From positions 10,903,483-10,967,482 of the forward strand of contig CM082582.2 in the NCBI GenBank assembly GCA_040954595.2: a stretch of 64,000 bases of DNA. The letters are read 5' to 3'. This document shows, in pieces, positions 38,601 through 52,022 of this stretch (position 1 is its first letter; the number at the start of each line of letters is the position of its first letter). A program made the position numbers and the translations under genes. Source of the stretch: Balanoglossus misakiensis. Lineage: Eukaryota; Animalia; Hemichordata. The notes beneath the pieces were generated by a model. The model saw nothing but the letters and a program-made list of their open reading frames with translations. It did no database searches and was not told where the DNA came from.

Positions 38601-41600
38601 TTATGTGATGTTGTTCGTAAGGTAGACATTTCACACAAGTGTCACCATTGGTTCCTATGAATCCTGTATTTTTCTTTGTGTTATAGCTTCAGCAACGGGA
38701 CGACGTGATTCACAAGTTGAGCTCAGAGACCAGTAAGCTGAAAACTAAACACCAAGAGAAGACAAGTGAGGTAAGTCCAAAAGGAACTTTACATCTTTTG
38801 TATACTTGTTCTTCTTCTTTCTTTTTGGAGCCATCCAGAAGCACCACTCAGTGATGATTAGTTGGAATTTTACATTTTATGATTGCATGTTTGTATCTCC
38901 CCAAACATGTTCAGGTTCAGAAGCAGACCGATATGCTCAGAAGACTTGAAGATTCTCTGACGAAGTCTCAAGTCGACTTGGAAGAAGTGCGGCGACGCAG
39001 TGAGGAAGAAGTGAGTTGTCTAGCAAACATCAACGCAAAACTTCTCAGTGTTTCACCTACCTTGCACCGTTACACACACTGATTTTTTAATTGAGTGTTG
39101 ACACAGTCCACTATGGCTAAACAGTGACCCCCTTCACAACAGAAACACATGCTCTTGATCTCATCTCTTACAAAAGGAAAATGTTTAGTCAAATTATGCA
39201 TTTTTTTACCACCAGTCAGATATAACAGTGTGTAGATAGCATCTCATAGTCAACCGACCAATCAGACTGCTGCTTACAATTGCACTCGACATGTTCTAGC
39301 TCTTCCCGTAAAATGGTAAACTAATGGCTGTAGTTCACCTGTTGTCCATTCCTAATGCTTCCAGCCACTGCCAGGCAAACATGCATGCAATGTGGCAGCA
39401 TCAGAAGGTGTCTTTTGGTCCTGGTGGTCTGTATCGTGGTTTGTCTGGTGGTTTGTTTAGTAGTTGGCTTTGTCGATCGTGGCATTTCTGTGTTTGTCTT
39501 CTTTGGTTACTGTCAACCCGTTCAACAAGCAGCGCCGCAATGTTCCGTAGAGTTGCAATAAAGGTGGGACATTTAATAATCGCCATGGCTACTGAAAGCA
39601 AAATTAAATTTTGTACAAGTAGCTGATGTTAAGGCAATCTTGTTTTATTCTGTAGATTTTTATTTTTATGTTTGTTTGTTTTTCTGTCTCTTCACTCCAT
39701 GTATGCATGAAAACGGGCATATTTTGCGCTGAACTCAGAGCATCCCATTTGGTTTCTTTAACATGCATGTTGTCAGCTTACAACATCTGCAACTAACTTT
39801 CATTTTTTCTTTCCTTTTTCTTTCTCTCCTGCTGCCTGTCCGTTTGGATCTATTTTTTTTTCATTTTCTTTTTTGCCATCCCGTTCAATGCTTGTGTGTG
39901 CGTGATTTGCCTTCATTTCACCACTGACCTTTGACCCACAGTTGGTTGACATGGTGAGCCTCAGGTGCAAGGTCGTGCTCGCGACTGGCGTTCTGAAAAT
40001 GATCGGCGATCAGTACGAGGTGTCCGAGGCACATGTTCAAGATAATAAACTAAATGAATGAATGATATCTTACTTTCTTTAATTTAAGAAACTAGAGTTG
40101 ATACACAATGAAAATTCTGAAAAGTCAGTCAAACGTTACAGCTATGACCCATCACAATCTGTCAAGATAAATGAATATAAAATTAATTAGAGTTAACAAT
40201 TGGGAATTTCTAACAGAACTGTACAGTGCAAAGTTTTAGTCTCATTTCAAGCTGTTTTAGCATTGTTTGGCTATGTATATTTCTCTGTTACCCTTCTTAA
40301 AATTCATTTTGTTGTATTATCTGTCCGAAACAAATTTCTTCTACTCAATTTGCTTTGAGTTTTAGCTTGCATTTCTCGCCAATAGATGAAATACTTTAGT
40401 TTTTTATTACATAGTCTTGTTCAATGGCTCTGATGAATTTTCCATCATGCATGTTTGTGTGTGTACATTTTACATATCGGGATTCGTCCTTTCCACTCAT
40501 ACTAGCAGGGACAGCTAAAATGTCTAACCATGGGCAGTTACAAGGGATATGGTGCCTAAGCAATTTTTATTCACATTTGGAGACAATATAGAAATCATGG
40601 CAAAATAAAAAGGTAGCAAGTTTTATAGAGAGTCTTGTATGAATGGACAAGATTTGCAGATATTTACATATTTGTCATTTCTGGGCCAGTATCTTCACAA
40701 CCACAACATAAATTTATGATGAGGTATATTTTTTAGAAACATGGGATTTTGTATTTAGGGGGTTGGACAGCAGTGTGCATTTATACATGTAGGTGCAGTA
40801 AAGTTGGGTTAGGTTTGTATGTATACCACATGTTGGGTTTTGGAGTCTTTCGTTGAGATCAAAGGTAATTAAAACAAATTTACATGGCTTTTGTGTCACA
40901 TGTGTGATGTATTGGCATCATGTGAGCACATTCTTGTCGGTGACTTGGAACAAAATAATACAACCATCAGATATTTCGTTGTACCGTCATTGGTAAGTAT
41001 TAAGTACTGTCTAATCTGGTCTCTTCCATCCCAGCATGCAATGGTTTTCTAAGGATGGTTTGAATGCAACAAAAATACAACTGTGTTTCAGCAAATTGTT
41101 AATGGTCATTTATCAACATGTGGGTATTTTAATTAGCATGCAAGTAAATTGCACACTACTGTTCTTATAATATGCACAGCAGAGAAATAAAATTTAATTT
41201 CTGAAGCCAGGGTTTAATGCCTGCTGGGATAGAAGTAGGCATGGGTGAGATAACTAACACTGTCTGTTGGAAGAGGGGTCACTGATCATATGAAGACAAA
41301 TCAGTGTCGAGATGGTGGTCCTCCCGATCTTTACCAAGAGAATCTTGTGGTACTTTCACTTACTCCGGTGGTTTTGTCGCACTGGTATTCTGTTGGTTGG
41401 AATGGTAAAGTTGATCCAAGCGAAACAAAATATGTGTACTAGTGTTCCCAAACCTTGGACCACTGCATTTACTCACCAATATGAATGCAGTTAATACAGG
41501 TATCTGTTTGCATTGTCTGGGATGATTGGCGCATGCAGAGAGCAGACCAATTTTTTGCTTTCATCCAGTCTGATTACATGACTGTACATTTCAACATGGT

Positions 41601-44600
41601 CTTGTGTCTGTTTTCGTCATCACAGCTGACCACTAAGACAAGTACCATAAATACACTCCGAGATGATTTGACTGAGTCGCAGACCCAGTACACAGCATGC
41701 TATGATGAGGTGGGTAGTATTATCTCAGAAGTAGAGAATGTAGAAAGGATTGTTGAAGCTGATTATTGAAATCAATTGACCGCAAAATAGGGGTGTTAGG
41801 CTATGGGACATTGCTTCCAAACAGTTATATGATTTAACACATTTTCTGTGCAATAATATTCTGTGTGGCATATTCATATTTTATCTGTTTCATCTGCTCA
41901 GCTACTGAAACAAGAGGAACACATTGAAAGACTGAGAGAGGAGAACTCCAGACTGACCAGTCAGACACACAAGGATGCGGAGGAACTCCTGCAGTTGGCC
42001 GAGCAGGTGCAGCATCTGGAGTTGGAGCTGACCATCACACAGGAGAAGCATCGCACCTGTCAGCAAGAGGTGGCCAGTCGTGACCAACAGGTCTTGAAGT
42101 TGCAGACCGATCTGGACACGACACAGCAGAAGTATGCTGGTAATGCGGAAGAGGTGAGAGATGGGATTTCGGTGACGTCATCAGAAGTGACCAAAAGTAT
42201 TTCTGTCAAAACTCTTTTTTATGTTTGTTAAATGCTAGTATACAAACCATACACATCACATATCTACAGCCCACTCATGAACCATACCCTCTTATTCAAT
42301 TTGCATTATACACTACATGTCACATAAGTTCATAAATCTCTATCATCTAATTCATGACATTGTACATGTTGCTATATTTTTATAATGTGACCTGTCTTTC
42401 TTTTCTTATGTTATTTTGACAACTCAGAGTCTTTCTTTGGCACACATTACAAAATATGTCTACTTGGCAATAAAATTGGCCAGAAGCGAGCCTCAACTCT
42501 TATTCAGTCTCTGTCCATGATATGTGTTGATCAATATTTCTTGTCGAACATTGAAGATTGACTGCCATCTTTGTTTTGCCCCTTACAACAAAACAGCTGA
42601 CAATACAAGAAGAGGAAGTCAAAAGACTTCAAACCCGCTTGAAAAGTTTACAAGTTGAGATGAAAAATCTAAAAGATTTACTGGATAGTAATGAACAGAA
42701 GGTTTGTTCTTCGGTTTTTGTTTTCTGGTGGATTTGTAAATAGCGGTGGTGGTGATGGTGTAATCTGTGGTGTACTGCTGTTTGTTCGGTCTTTTCTGTC
42801 CTCTTAACTGTCCAAATTATTATTTGACTTCAGAGACTTTCATTTATTACTTATATTTATGTACTTTCATTTTCATCACACCAGATGAATGCAGATGAGC
42901 GTACAATACACCAACTACAGCAAGAAAAACAAATATCATCTCAAGAGGTATGGTTATAAATAATTGTATTTTTAGTTTGAAAAATCATCAATTATTCAAA
43001 AAATCAACCTATCATAAGTACACTCCGTAACACTTGATGTCATTGTAATCTAAGATTACATGCCACATGAGGTCCATAGACGAACTGAAAGCAGACATCC
43101 AATCGACGAGGCAGTCCTATCAACAGGAAGTCAAACTTCTGAATGACGAGATACGTCAACTGAAAGAGGAACTCAACGACTCAAACGTCAGAGTGGCTGA
43201 TGGCGAGGCCAACAACCAGCAACTGAAAGACGCCATTAACCAAGTGACTGCTGAACTTCAAAAAAGCCAGGAATTATACAAGAAATCACAACATGAGGTG
43301 TGGTTTGTTAATGTTATTCATATGAGTGTTTCATTTTGCTGATCTCGAATAGAACTAATCATTTCAAGCTATGAGTGTACAACTCTCCTAATCTCCAACC
43401 ATGTCTTTTGTTTATGACCAGTTGAACCGCAAGAAACAAACCATTGAGCAGCAGGACCGATACCTAGCAGACGCACGACAGAAAGTCATGGTGCTAGAGA
43501 ACGAACTTCAGCAGGCACGCTACAAAATTGAAGACATGGAAAAGAACATTAAAAGTCTGCAGGAACGCTACAAGCAGAGCGTTGAGCAGATTGGACGGCT
43601 GGAGGCCAACTCGTCCTCGGCCATACAGAATTTGGAAGAAAGGCTTTCAGAGGCCAATCACAAGGTTTGTCTTTTTCACAATCAAAATTTTTATAGTACT
43701 GCATTAGTACATGTTGAAAATATATTTTGATATTAGTTTTCCGAATATTGTCATTATGGTAAGTTCTCTTATCCAAATATTGACCAATCAAAATCACCTT
43801 GTTGTGTCACACAGGTGGCTGAAAGGGAAGAGACCATCACCAGACTGAAGGTGCAATCTTCCAGCCTGGAGCAAGAACTGAAAGACAAGCATGCACAGGT
43901 GGTGCGCTGCGATGAGCTGATCGATGCGCTGACCCAAGACATGCACAAAACTCAGGAGGATCTGCAGATCACCAGAGAGAAAGTGATGCACTGCGAGGAA
44001 GTGATCGACAACATCAAAGGCAAACTGCTCGAGAAACAGCAGCAGGTACGATATCTTGCTGTCTTCTTAACCACTTTTTTTCCCTTCCGGAAATCTTGGT
44101 AAAGCAGCAGCTAAAAATTCACTTTGTTGATTAATTTCTGTGTTGATTGGATTTTCTAGGCTGCACACCATGAAGAGAGAGCAAGGAGATTGCAAGCAGA
44201 TCTGATTTCCTACCAAGACAACCATCAACACACACTGGAAGAGGTAATACACAGACTAGATTTCATAACAATTTGTTTTTCCTACTGCGGTAATCCAAGG
44301 TCTGGCCTGGCCTTGTCTGCCCATGCTTACATTATGATGTCTATGGAATACATGTACTCATACAAATACACCATTCAAATTGATCATTTGTTCTCAGGTG
44401 CAAGATCGAGATGAATTCACGAGGCAGCTGGAGGAAAATCTGAGGGACACACAGACAGAGAAAGACCGCAGAGAAGAAGAAGTGTCGGAACTGAAGGAGA
44501 CTGTGTCAGATTTGACCGACGACTTGAAGACGATAAAGGAACAGAGAAATGCGGCCTCCAAGGAAGTGCAGAGACTGGAACAGACTTTGAAACAGCTGCA

Positions 44601-47600
44601 GTTGCATTTGGCATCACAGCACCAGAAGCACAAAACAGAAGTATGCAATTCAACTTTTTATTTTAGTCCCTTCACATCCTATTGTGAGAGTCTTGTCACT
44701 TAACTATTGGTCTTGGGTCGCTGTGTGATTTTGAATTTAATAGTCTTCTGTAAATTTTATGGTGCATGTAAGTGTATGTGTAGTTGTAAGTGTTTAGTTC
44801 ATAGGTACATGTGTCTATGGGCGTTGGGGTAAACTGATGATTAAATGTGATTAACCAACAGATATTCAAGCTTGAAGAACACGTCAAGAGGATGGACATG
44901 GATCTGACCAGTTCCCTGGATAAGGTGAAATCCCTGGAAAATGAGGTCGGCAGGAAGCAAGAGAGCTTGAGCAAATCGGAAACGGACATTTCCCTGGCAA
45001 GGGAAAACATCAAAAGCAAAGTGGATGAGGTGAGTGTACAGAGCTGTGGAGTTGCAGTTTTTTCCATAATCCATGCTGGGCATGACATATAGAGACATCA
45101 ACATATGCACTCTCAGTGTCATATTATGATACTATGACTTATGTTGTGATCCGCTTCCTCCCACAGATTGAGAGACTGGAATCCACCATCCGGGACCTGC
45201 AGATGGAAATCCAACACCTGCAAGCCCTGGAGAGGCAGGCGGACAACGACAACGCCCAGCTGCAGGGAGAGATCAGGCAGCTGAAGGAAGATATCAACGA
45301 AGCACGGCAGCAGTACAGAGATTGCGCCCAAGAAGTAAGTGGGCTGCTTTATGTTTCTTTTACTCTCTTTTAGTATAAAATGTCTACCGTTGTATCACAA
45401 CCCACCCATCCTTAAAAAAATATTTAGCTCCATGACGAAAACATTCCCCACTTTTTTTCTCTCAGCTTGCCCACCATGAAGAGAAACTGATGTTGATGGA
45501 GAGCAGCCTGCAGACCACGCAGGAGCAACTCAGCAACCGGGTCACCGAGGTCGTGCGCCACGAGCAGCTCAACCGCAAACTGCAGGCCGAACTGAAAGCC
45601 ACGAGGGACAGATTCAAGCAGAACGAAGAAGAGACGGATGAGACGAGGTCCGAGCTGGATCGACTGAAGAGGGAGCTGAGCTCCACCAGGGAGCAACACC
45701 AGATCAGTATGCACGAGAATCTGCAGTATCAGCAATTGGCCCACCAGACTGAGTTGGAGCTCACCACAGCCAGAGATCAGGTCAGACTACTCCAAGAACA
45801 GGTAAGGAACATTTCAAGTTTCATACTGTAGAAAATGAGAAGAAAGAGACCTTTCTTCAGTCGATTTGTTTATCCGATTGATATTCCTTGTCCGTAGGTG
45901 ACCCACCAAGACAAAGTACTGCAGGACATCCAGGAAGATCTCCGGGAAGAAAGATACAAGAATCAGGATGCCAGCAAACAGCTTCAGCAGCAAAAACGAG
46001 CTGTTGTAGAGCTGAACGACCAGCTGGAAAACCACAAAAAGCAGCTCAAGAATGAAACAAACAAGGTGAGTGTTTTTTCCATCTATATTGTGATGTGAAA
46101 AATATATAGATGTGATAGAAAATACTGCATTGATTGCACCAGCTGTGATTGGAAGAAACCTGGTTACAACCTACTGTTTGCTGACTGTATGTGTATTTTT
46201 CACAGCTTAATGAAAGAGAAAATTCCATGACCACAGTGCTGTCAGACTACGAAGCGCTGCAGGGCAAACTGAGAGCGACAAAAGAAGAACTGGCGGAGAA
46301 AGATGGGCAGCTGAGAGTTGCCAGGGTGAACATCGACTCGGGCGAGAAACAGAGACAGCACCACATCCAGGAAATCAGCAGATACGAAGAAACGTTGGCG
46401 CAGATCCAGAATGATCTGGAATCGAGCCAAGAAAACTACAGAACGTGTCATTCTGAGGTGAGACTTAGGTTAATATTCTGGGCATGGAATTATGCTTTGC
46501 ATTTGCCTATGCAGGCATGTGTCCACATAGGCAAATTATGTGGCAGGCCCATATGCATGGCACATGATGCATGCAAAACATGCTTTGGATACATAGATAC
46601 ATACATACATGTACATGTATTTATGCACACATACACACATACACATAATTATGTATATCAAGATGTAGAATTTCAATACAGTGACTGCCATATTGGAACA
46701 TTTCTGACTCTCTCGTGTATATGTTTGTCTGTTGCAGTTGACAAAGAGCCAACACAATGTTAAAGAACTGAGAGAAGAACTAGCAGACCTTCAGTCGAAA
46801 CACAAAGACATTATGGAGCACTTGACTGAGAAGTCAGCAATGGCGGCCAGCCAGAAAACAGACCTAAGTAGACTTGATCAGAAAACTCACAGCATGGCTG
46901 AAGAGGTAAGTCTGGAAATTTTCTGCAAATTGATGAATGATTTACACTTTTGAGGATATTAAGCAGAAAAAAAATTCAGTTTTGTGAACGTATTTGGACC
47001 CCAGGCTTGTAGGTTGAAACAGCCATGGGAACTCATCACTGTCTATGATGTCTTCTGCAGATTCAAGATTTTGATTTTCCCAATTTGTTGCATGCTTAAT
47101 TCATTCTACCACAGATTGCAATTTACGAGGAGAAGATGCGAAAACTGCGGACAGAGCTGCAGAAGGTGCAAGAGTTGAACAGACAAGGGGAGGAGGAACT
47201 GAAGAACTATGAGGGACGAATGCAGGAAATGAACTCCAAGATCGTGCAGACACAGGAGAAACACCGACAAAGCCTCCAGGAGATAGCCATGCGAGAGGAA
47301 CAACTTGTGGTGCATAAAGTGGAGTTGGCATCCTCTCAGGAGAAACTCCGACACAGAGCAGATGAGGTGCGTTATGATGCATATGTTCTGGATTTGTGCT
47401 GTCATTGAACCTTTTACATGACACAGTTTTTAAGTCACCTTTGAACTTTCAAGGCCACTCTATCACTTTGTTGTGTGTTCAGTGATAGTCATAATCAGCC
47501 AATGGACTGTAAATATGTGTCACTGGTACAATTGGTGTGACTGACTCCAGCACATACTGTAAAATCTCAAAGAAAATCCCAAACTATCTTAAATTAATTA

Positions 47601-49623
47601 TACATTTCAATAGGGATTTTACAGTAGATTGGTTTTCCTATCCTGCATACAAAAATCAGCCATGTTTTCAGGGACATGTTGATTTTGTCAATCCTATTTG
47701 TCAGACTGGACTTCAGTTGCACTTTGACCTTCTGCCTCTCTGCAAAACTGAAAAGGGAAGGTTCAGATATCTCCATGTTGGGAGGGGGATGTCCCACAAA
47801 ACAAGGTGAAATTCATGTTAATGATAACTGCGATAATCTACCCCAACAGAGCGAGAGACTGAAAAATGAGCTGGCAAATTTGAGGCAGAAATATCAGTAC
47901 AGTGCAGAGGACAACGAGAGACTGAAGTCTGCGTTGGATGAAGCCAGAGACAATGGAGACAGACTGCACAAGGAGAGTGAATTAGTAGTTGCCAATGTCA
48001 ATAATTGGGTTTTTGAACAAAAGTAAGTTTGGTTTTGTAATTTTCAAATTTTATTTTGAAATTCTGAATTTAGACTATGGGTATTTGATTTTGTTAATAA
48101 CATCAAATTTTAGGCCACTGAAGTTCACATGATCACATACAAACATCTGCTTTTCCTATTGATGTTTACTTTCTGAGTTTGTCGAAATTTCAACTAACTG
48201 TGGGGATTTCTTCATTGTCTCAACATACTGTGTATTAATCATAGCCGTGAATGTCAATCTGTCCACAGGCAAGCCAATGAGAGATTGGGTGCCAAGATCC
48301 GTGAACAAAGCCAGGCCATCAGGGCACTGACATCAGAGAAAGAGTAAGTTTTGTACACAATGATAAGATTTCATAGAAAAATTACTGCACACTTATTGGT
48401 ATCACTGGACGGTTATCCTCCTGGACATTTCACCATGTTTATTTTTGCATGTGTTCTTTCTTCATCCAGACAACTTCTAGAAAACAATGAAGTCCTACAG
48501 AAGAACATGATACGGGTGAAGTCGGAGAACGATCAGTACAGGATCGAGTCTGAGAGATTCAAAGCGCTACAGAGTCACTCCACCCAACAGCAGGTCTTGC
48601 TTCACCAGCTCAGAAGTCGACTTGAGGATCACGAGTAAGTTTTTCATTGAGGGTTACAATAATGTGGTGATCTCAGTTGTACTTATGTAAAGCATAAAAA
48701 GTTCCCGGTCCGTGAATATAGTTTAATCTAATGATTTGTAGTATTAATGGTTTCATGACAATCTCCTGCCCCCAATTCGCTGCAGGTACGAACAAGACCA
48801 CGAGTTGTCTGAGAAGCTGGCAACGATTGAAGACCTCCACTGCCGACTGAAGGCAAACGTGGACTCCATACAGAAGCTGAATGAGCAGCTGAGCGTTCTC
48901 AACAAGGACAACCTCAAACTGCGACAGGACCTGGAACGGGAGAAAGCCGGGCGACAGAGCATGCAACTGCAGCTGGAAAGCAAGCAGCAGGCCATGTTGG
49001 CTATCAAGGCACAGGTGTGTGTTAAATGTATGTTGTTTATGAGGTGAACGTTGGTTGACATATAGAGCAACAGATGGAAACATAAAGCACAGCCTGGTCT
49101 TTCGTTTTTTTGACATGTACAATACTGTGGTTGCTACACTTCGAATAACATGAAGACTATTAAACTCCAACCTGTGCAAAGATGCTAAATTTGCGTGGAA
49201 TGATTTTCCTTCACAGCTTGAAGCCAAACACCAACAACCAGGTGATCTGTCCATGAACTTTGAATCTCTGGGTCTGTCAGATTCGGCCTATGCATCAGCC
49301 TTGGAAAGGGGAATGCTGAAGGCTTCAAAAGTAAGAAGATAAAAATGTTTTATCTGGTTTCCTGCTGTGTCATTTTGCTTGCAGTGTACCAATCATTCCA
49401 TTCCATTTTTCTGTTCCAGGGAAACGCTTCCTTCACTAGCCGGGCATTGGAAGATGCCGGAGTGACCGATCCCAGTGCCTTGGACAGGTCCTACTGGATC
49501 AAGCGGGTTGGTGAACTTTCCATTCAACTCCAGCAGAGCAGTGAATATTGGTCGGAGAAAGTGAGAGACTTGTCCATGCAGATTGAAATGACCAAGTCTG
49601 GACATGGTTCTCCTGCAAAATAA
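23686..49623 (+). CDS. Giant coiled-coil protein (~2340 aa, ~45 exons) with PMFBP1-like C-terminal region
   Basis: Exons: 23686-23898, 26151-26300, 28265-28348, 28550-28681, 29340-29540, 29683-29850, 30042-30125, 30960-31022, 31408-31491, 32635-32718, 32881-33039, 33431-33493, 33981-34223, 34397-34543, 34669-34752, 35068-35226, 37120-37266, 37505-37663, 37798-38028, 38210-38293, 38466-38549, 38687-38770, 38915-39010, 41626-41709, 41902-42153, 42597-42701, 42885-42947, 43055-43297, 43422-43664, 43815-44045, 44160-44243, 44398-44640, 44862-45029, 45167-45334, 45466-45801, 45898-46065, 46206-46457, 46738-46905, 47115-47366, 47850-48022, 48269-48343, 48470-48634, 48786-49014, 49217-49330, 49420-49623 (sum 7023 nt). 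L/E/Q/K-rich, nearly Pro-free heptads. WVFEQKQANERLGAKIREQ resembles the vertebrate PMFBP1 C-terminal motif as I recall it (WxxQQKVANEKLGxxLREQ). The gene structure is well supported; the orthology is tentative. Confidence 0.85.
25445..25458. promoter_or_regulatory. RFX X-box consensus match in first coding intron of the coiled-coil gene
   Basis: GTTACCATGGCAAC, full 14-bp X-box; further matches at 28179, 32538, 33534 and 37346. Confidence 0.4.
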
Positions 49624-52022
49624 CACCGTGATGGGGTAGAAAATTAGATTTTCACAATCCTCGTACAAATAATCAGAACCTATCACTAGTCAGCTCCCTC
49701 TCATTTGTCCAAACTGTGCAAGTAAAAGCAATGCATTTGTACCCAAAAAATGAGATTGCACCTTCCTCATGCCTTACTTGAATCAAGATGTGAGCCTTTC
49801 ACCCCTGTCTTCTAGTATGTGGAACAGCCCAATCAAATTGAATACAGTTGGGTTGTACCACATAATGGCAGCAAAGATCATCATTACAGGTGGGTATCTT
49901 GCCAGTTCTCCAACCCACAGTTGATCGAGACACTTCACAGTATCTTTCCTCCAACAATTGCATGCTGTTGAATAGCCATGAAAAAATGCTCACCATTTTT
50001 GACTGACATTCAGAGAAACATATCTAACATATGTATGTTATCTGCTCAATCCCATTGTTAACGCCAGTTTTTACAATTTTGTTAATTTGACCATAGACAG
50101 TAGCCTTTTAAATATAAGATTTTGGGAAAAGTGTTTTTTAATTCACTTTTATGCAAACAACAGGAGTACAAGCAATAATGCTGAAATACTAGTAACTGAA
50201 CAGGGAGAAGCTTTTTAAGTTCACAATTACCGGTAAGTTTAACTTCTTTGGCCAGTGTTAAAAGAAATCTGACCAGACCAATACAGGAATTGATGAAATC
50301 AGTTGCAGTACTTGCAACATAGTCACTGTTCATAATGTACCATTGTCTCAGTACATTCAACACAGGTTGTGTTGGACCAACACATCGATATAACTAAGCT
50401 GCTACGTGGTATGTTTCCGAGTTGCTATGCAACTGGTGTGCAGTGTGTTATAACACCTACAACATTGCTTCAAGATGCAGCCAGCAGCAGCAACACATGG
50501 TTGCAGTCATGCTGAAGCATCTCAACTGAATACAAGTGTAGTGTGACATACATTTAATGTAAACTTTTATTTTCTCTCAGTTAATGTCATTTTCCTTTTC
50601 AGTGTATACCATTAGTTACTTAATTTTACCAAAAATCATCTTTTTCACTAAATCTAGAAATTGTGTGTACAGCTTTAAAGTCTAACAGCAGGCACCAACA
50701 CCAGTTTATGTTCATTTAAAACTTTCTCTAACATATATTTAAAAATTTTCAGTTATTGTCACGTTTTTAAAGTAACGTAGAAGAGTCCAGTCACTTTTTT
50801 ATTTTTGAAAAAAGAAACTTTGATTCTGTGAAAAAAATACTATATATATGTAAACAAGAAATGTATGAAAAAGCTGATCTTTTTAAAAATTATAGCTCAA
50901 TGTAAGTTGTCATCCTGTAAGTTATTTTTAATTTTTAATAAGTGTTTATGTATGTTCATTAAAGATGATGTAAAAAATTTAATTTGCAATAATACAATCA
51001 CTTATTGTAATTTTAAATATTTTTACCAATTTTTTTTAAATTGTTAGCAGTATTTGATAAAAAAGCTTTAAGAGTGATTCCTTAGAAATTCCTTTCTCAG
51101 GAGCTATACTATTTTGTACTTTAGGCATAAGAATACTTGGCAGCTTATGAAGTCACAGACTCCAGGTGATGAGCTGGTCAGAGTTGGCGTGACCAAAAAT
51201 GTAAGTCTTGTGTTGGGAAGATGATCTCAATTTCATTGCTGGCACCCTTGGCTTTCTAATTATAAACTTGTATATTTCAGCTACAATAATATTGTGTTTT
51301 GCCTAATAATTTATCATTGCTCGTGTGTCTAAACTTTTGCTGTGTTTTTTATATACAAAGATTATTTTTGTAGGCTATAAATATTTGTAATAATTTTTTT
51401 TTCGCTGAATGTGGAGTATTCACATTTTTTCTTTATTTTGTAAACCTCACAGGGACGTGTAAATTTGTAAGAAACCTCAAATTGTAATTTTTGACAGTAC
51501 TTAAATATGGAGAAATAAAATAATAATAAATGCTGTTTTCTAGTGCATTTGTCACAGGGTTTGAACCCAAGGTTCATATAATCCTAAAACAGCATTTTCA
51601 ATCTGAACACACTCTAGAATTTTGAAGATGAAAAACACGTCTACAGATTTTTTTTAAATAAGAAAATCTTTATTAACCACAAAAAAAGTATGACAGCACA
51701 TTACAAGTTTCTCCCAGGGATGATGCACCACTGGTGTGTTGATAGAGATACATTATGTATGAAAATCTATAATTGATGACAACATTGCACTAACAATTTT
51801 CACAGCATTTTGCAGCATTTCACAAAGGGAATCAAAGTGTTTGGCAAGTGTTTTGCATATATGGCGAAGAGTATTGCATTGATTCCCGTAGAATCTGTCA
51901 GCAGAGGGTAGCCCACTCCAATCCGAGGTTTCGCCATTCAAAGCTGATCCCTGCAATCCAGCTATCCGATGCTTTCTCCTTGTTTCAGCTTCTGACGCTA
52001 CTCGACGATTGGGCAGCTAATG

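Noticed and set aside
33920-49254. Numerous minus-strand Ser/Leu/Cys-rich ORFs over the coiled-coil gene
   Set aside because: They are antisense reads of CAG/GAG/CTG-rich coding exons.
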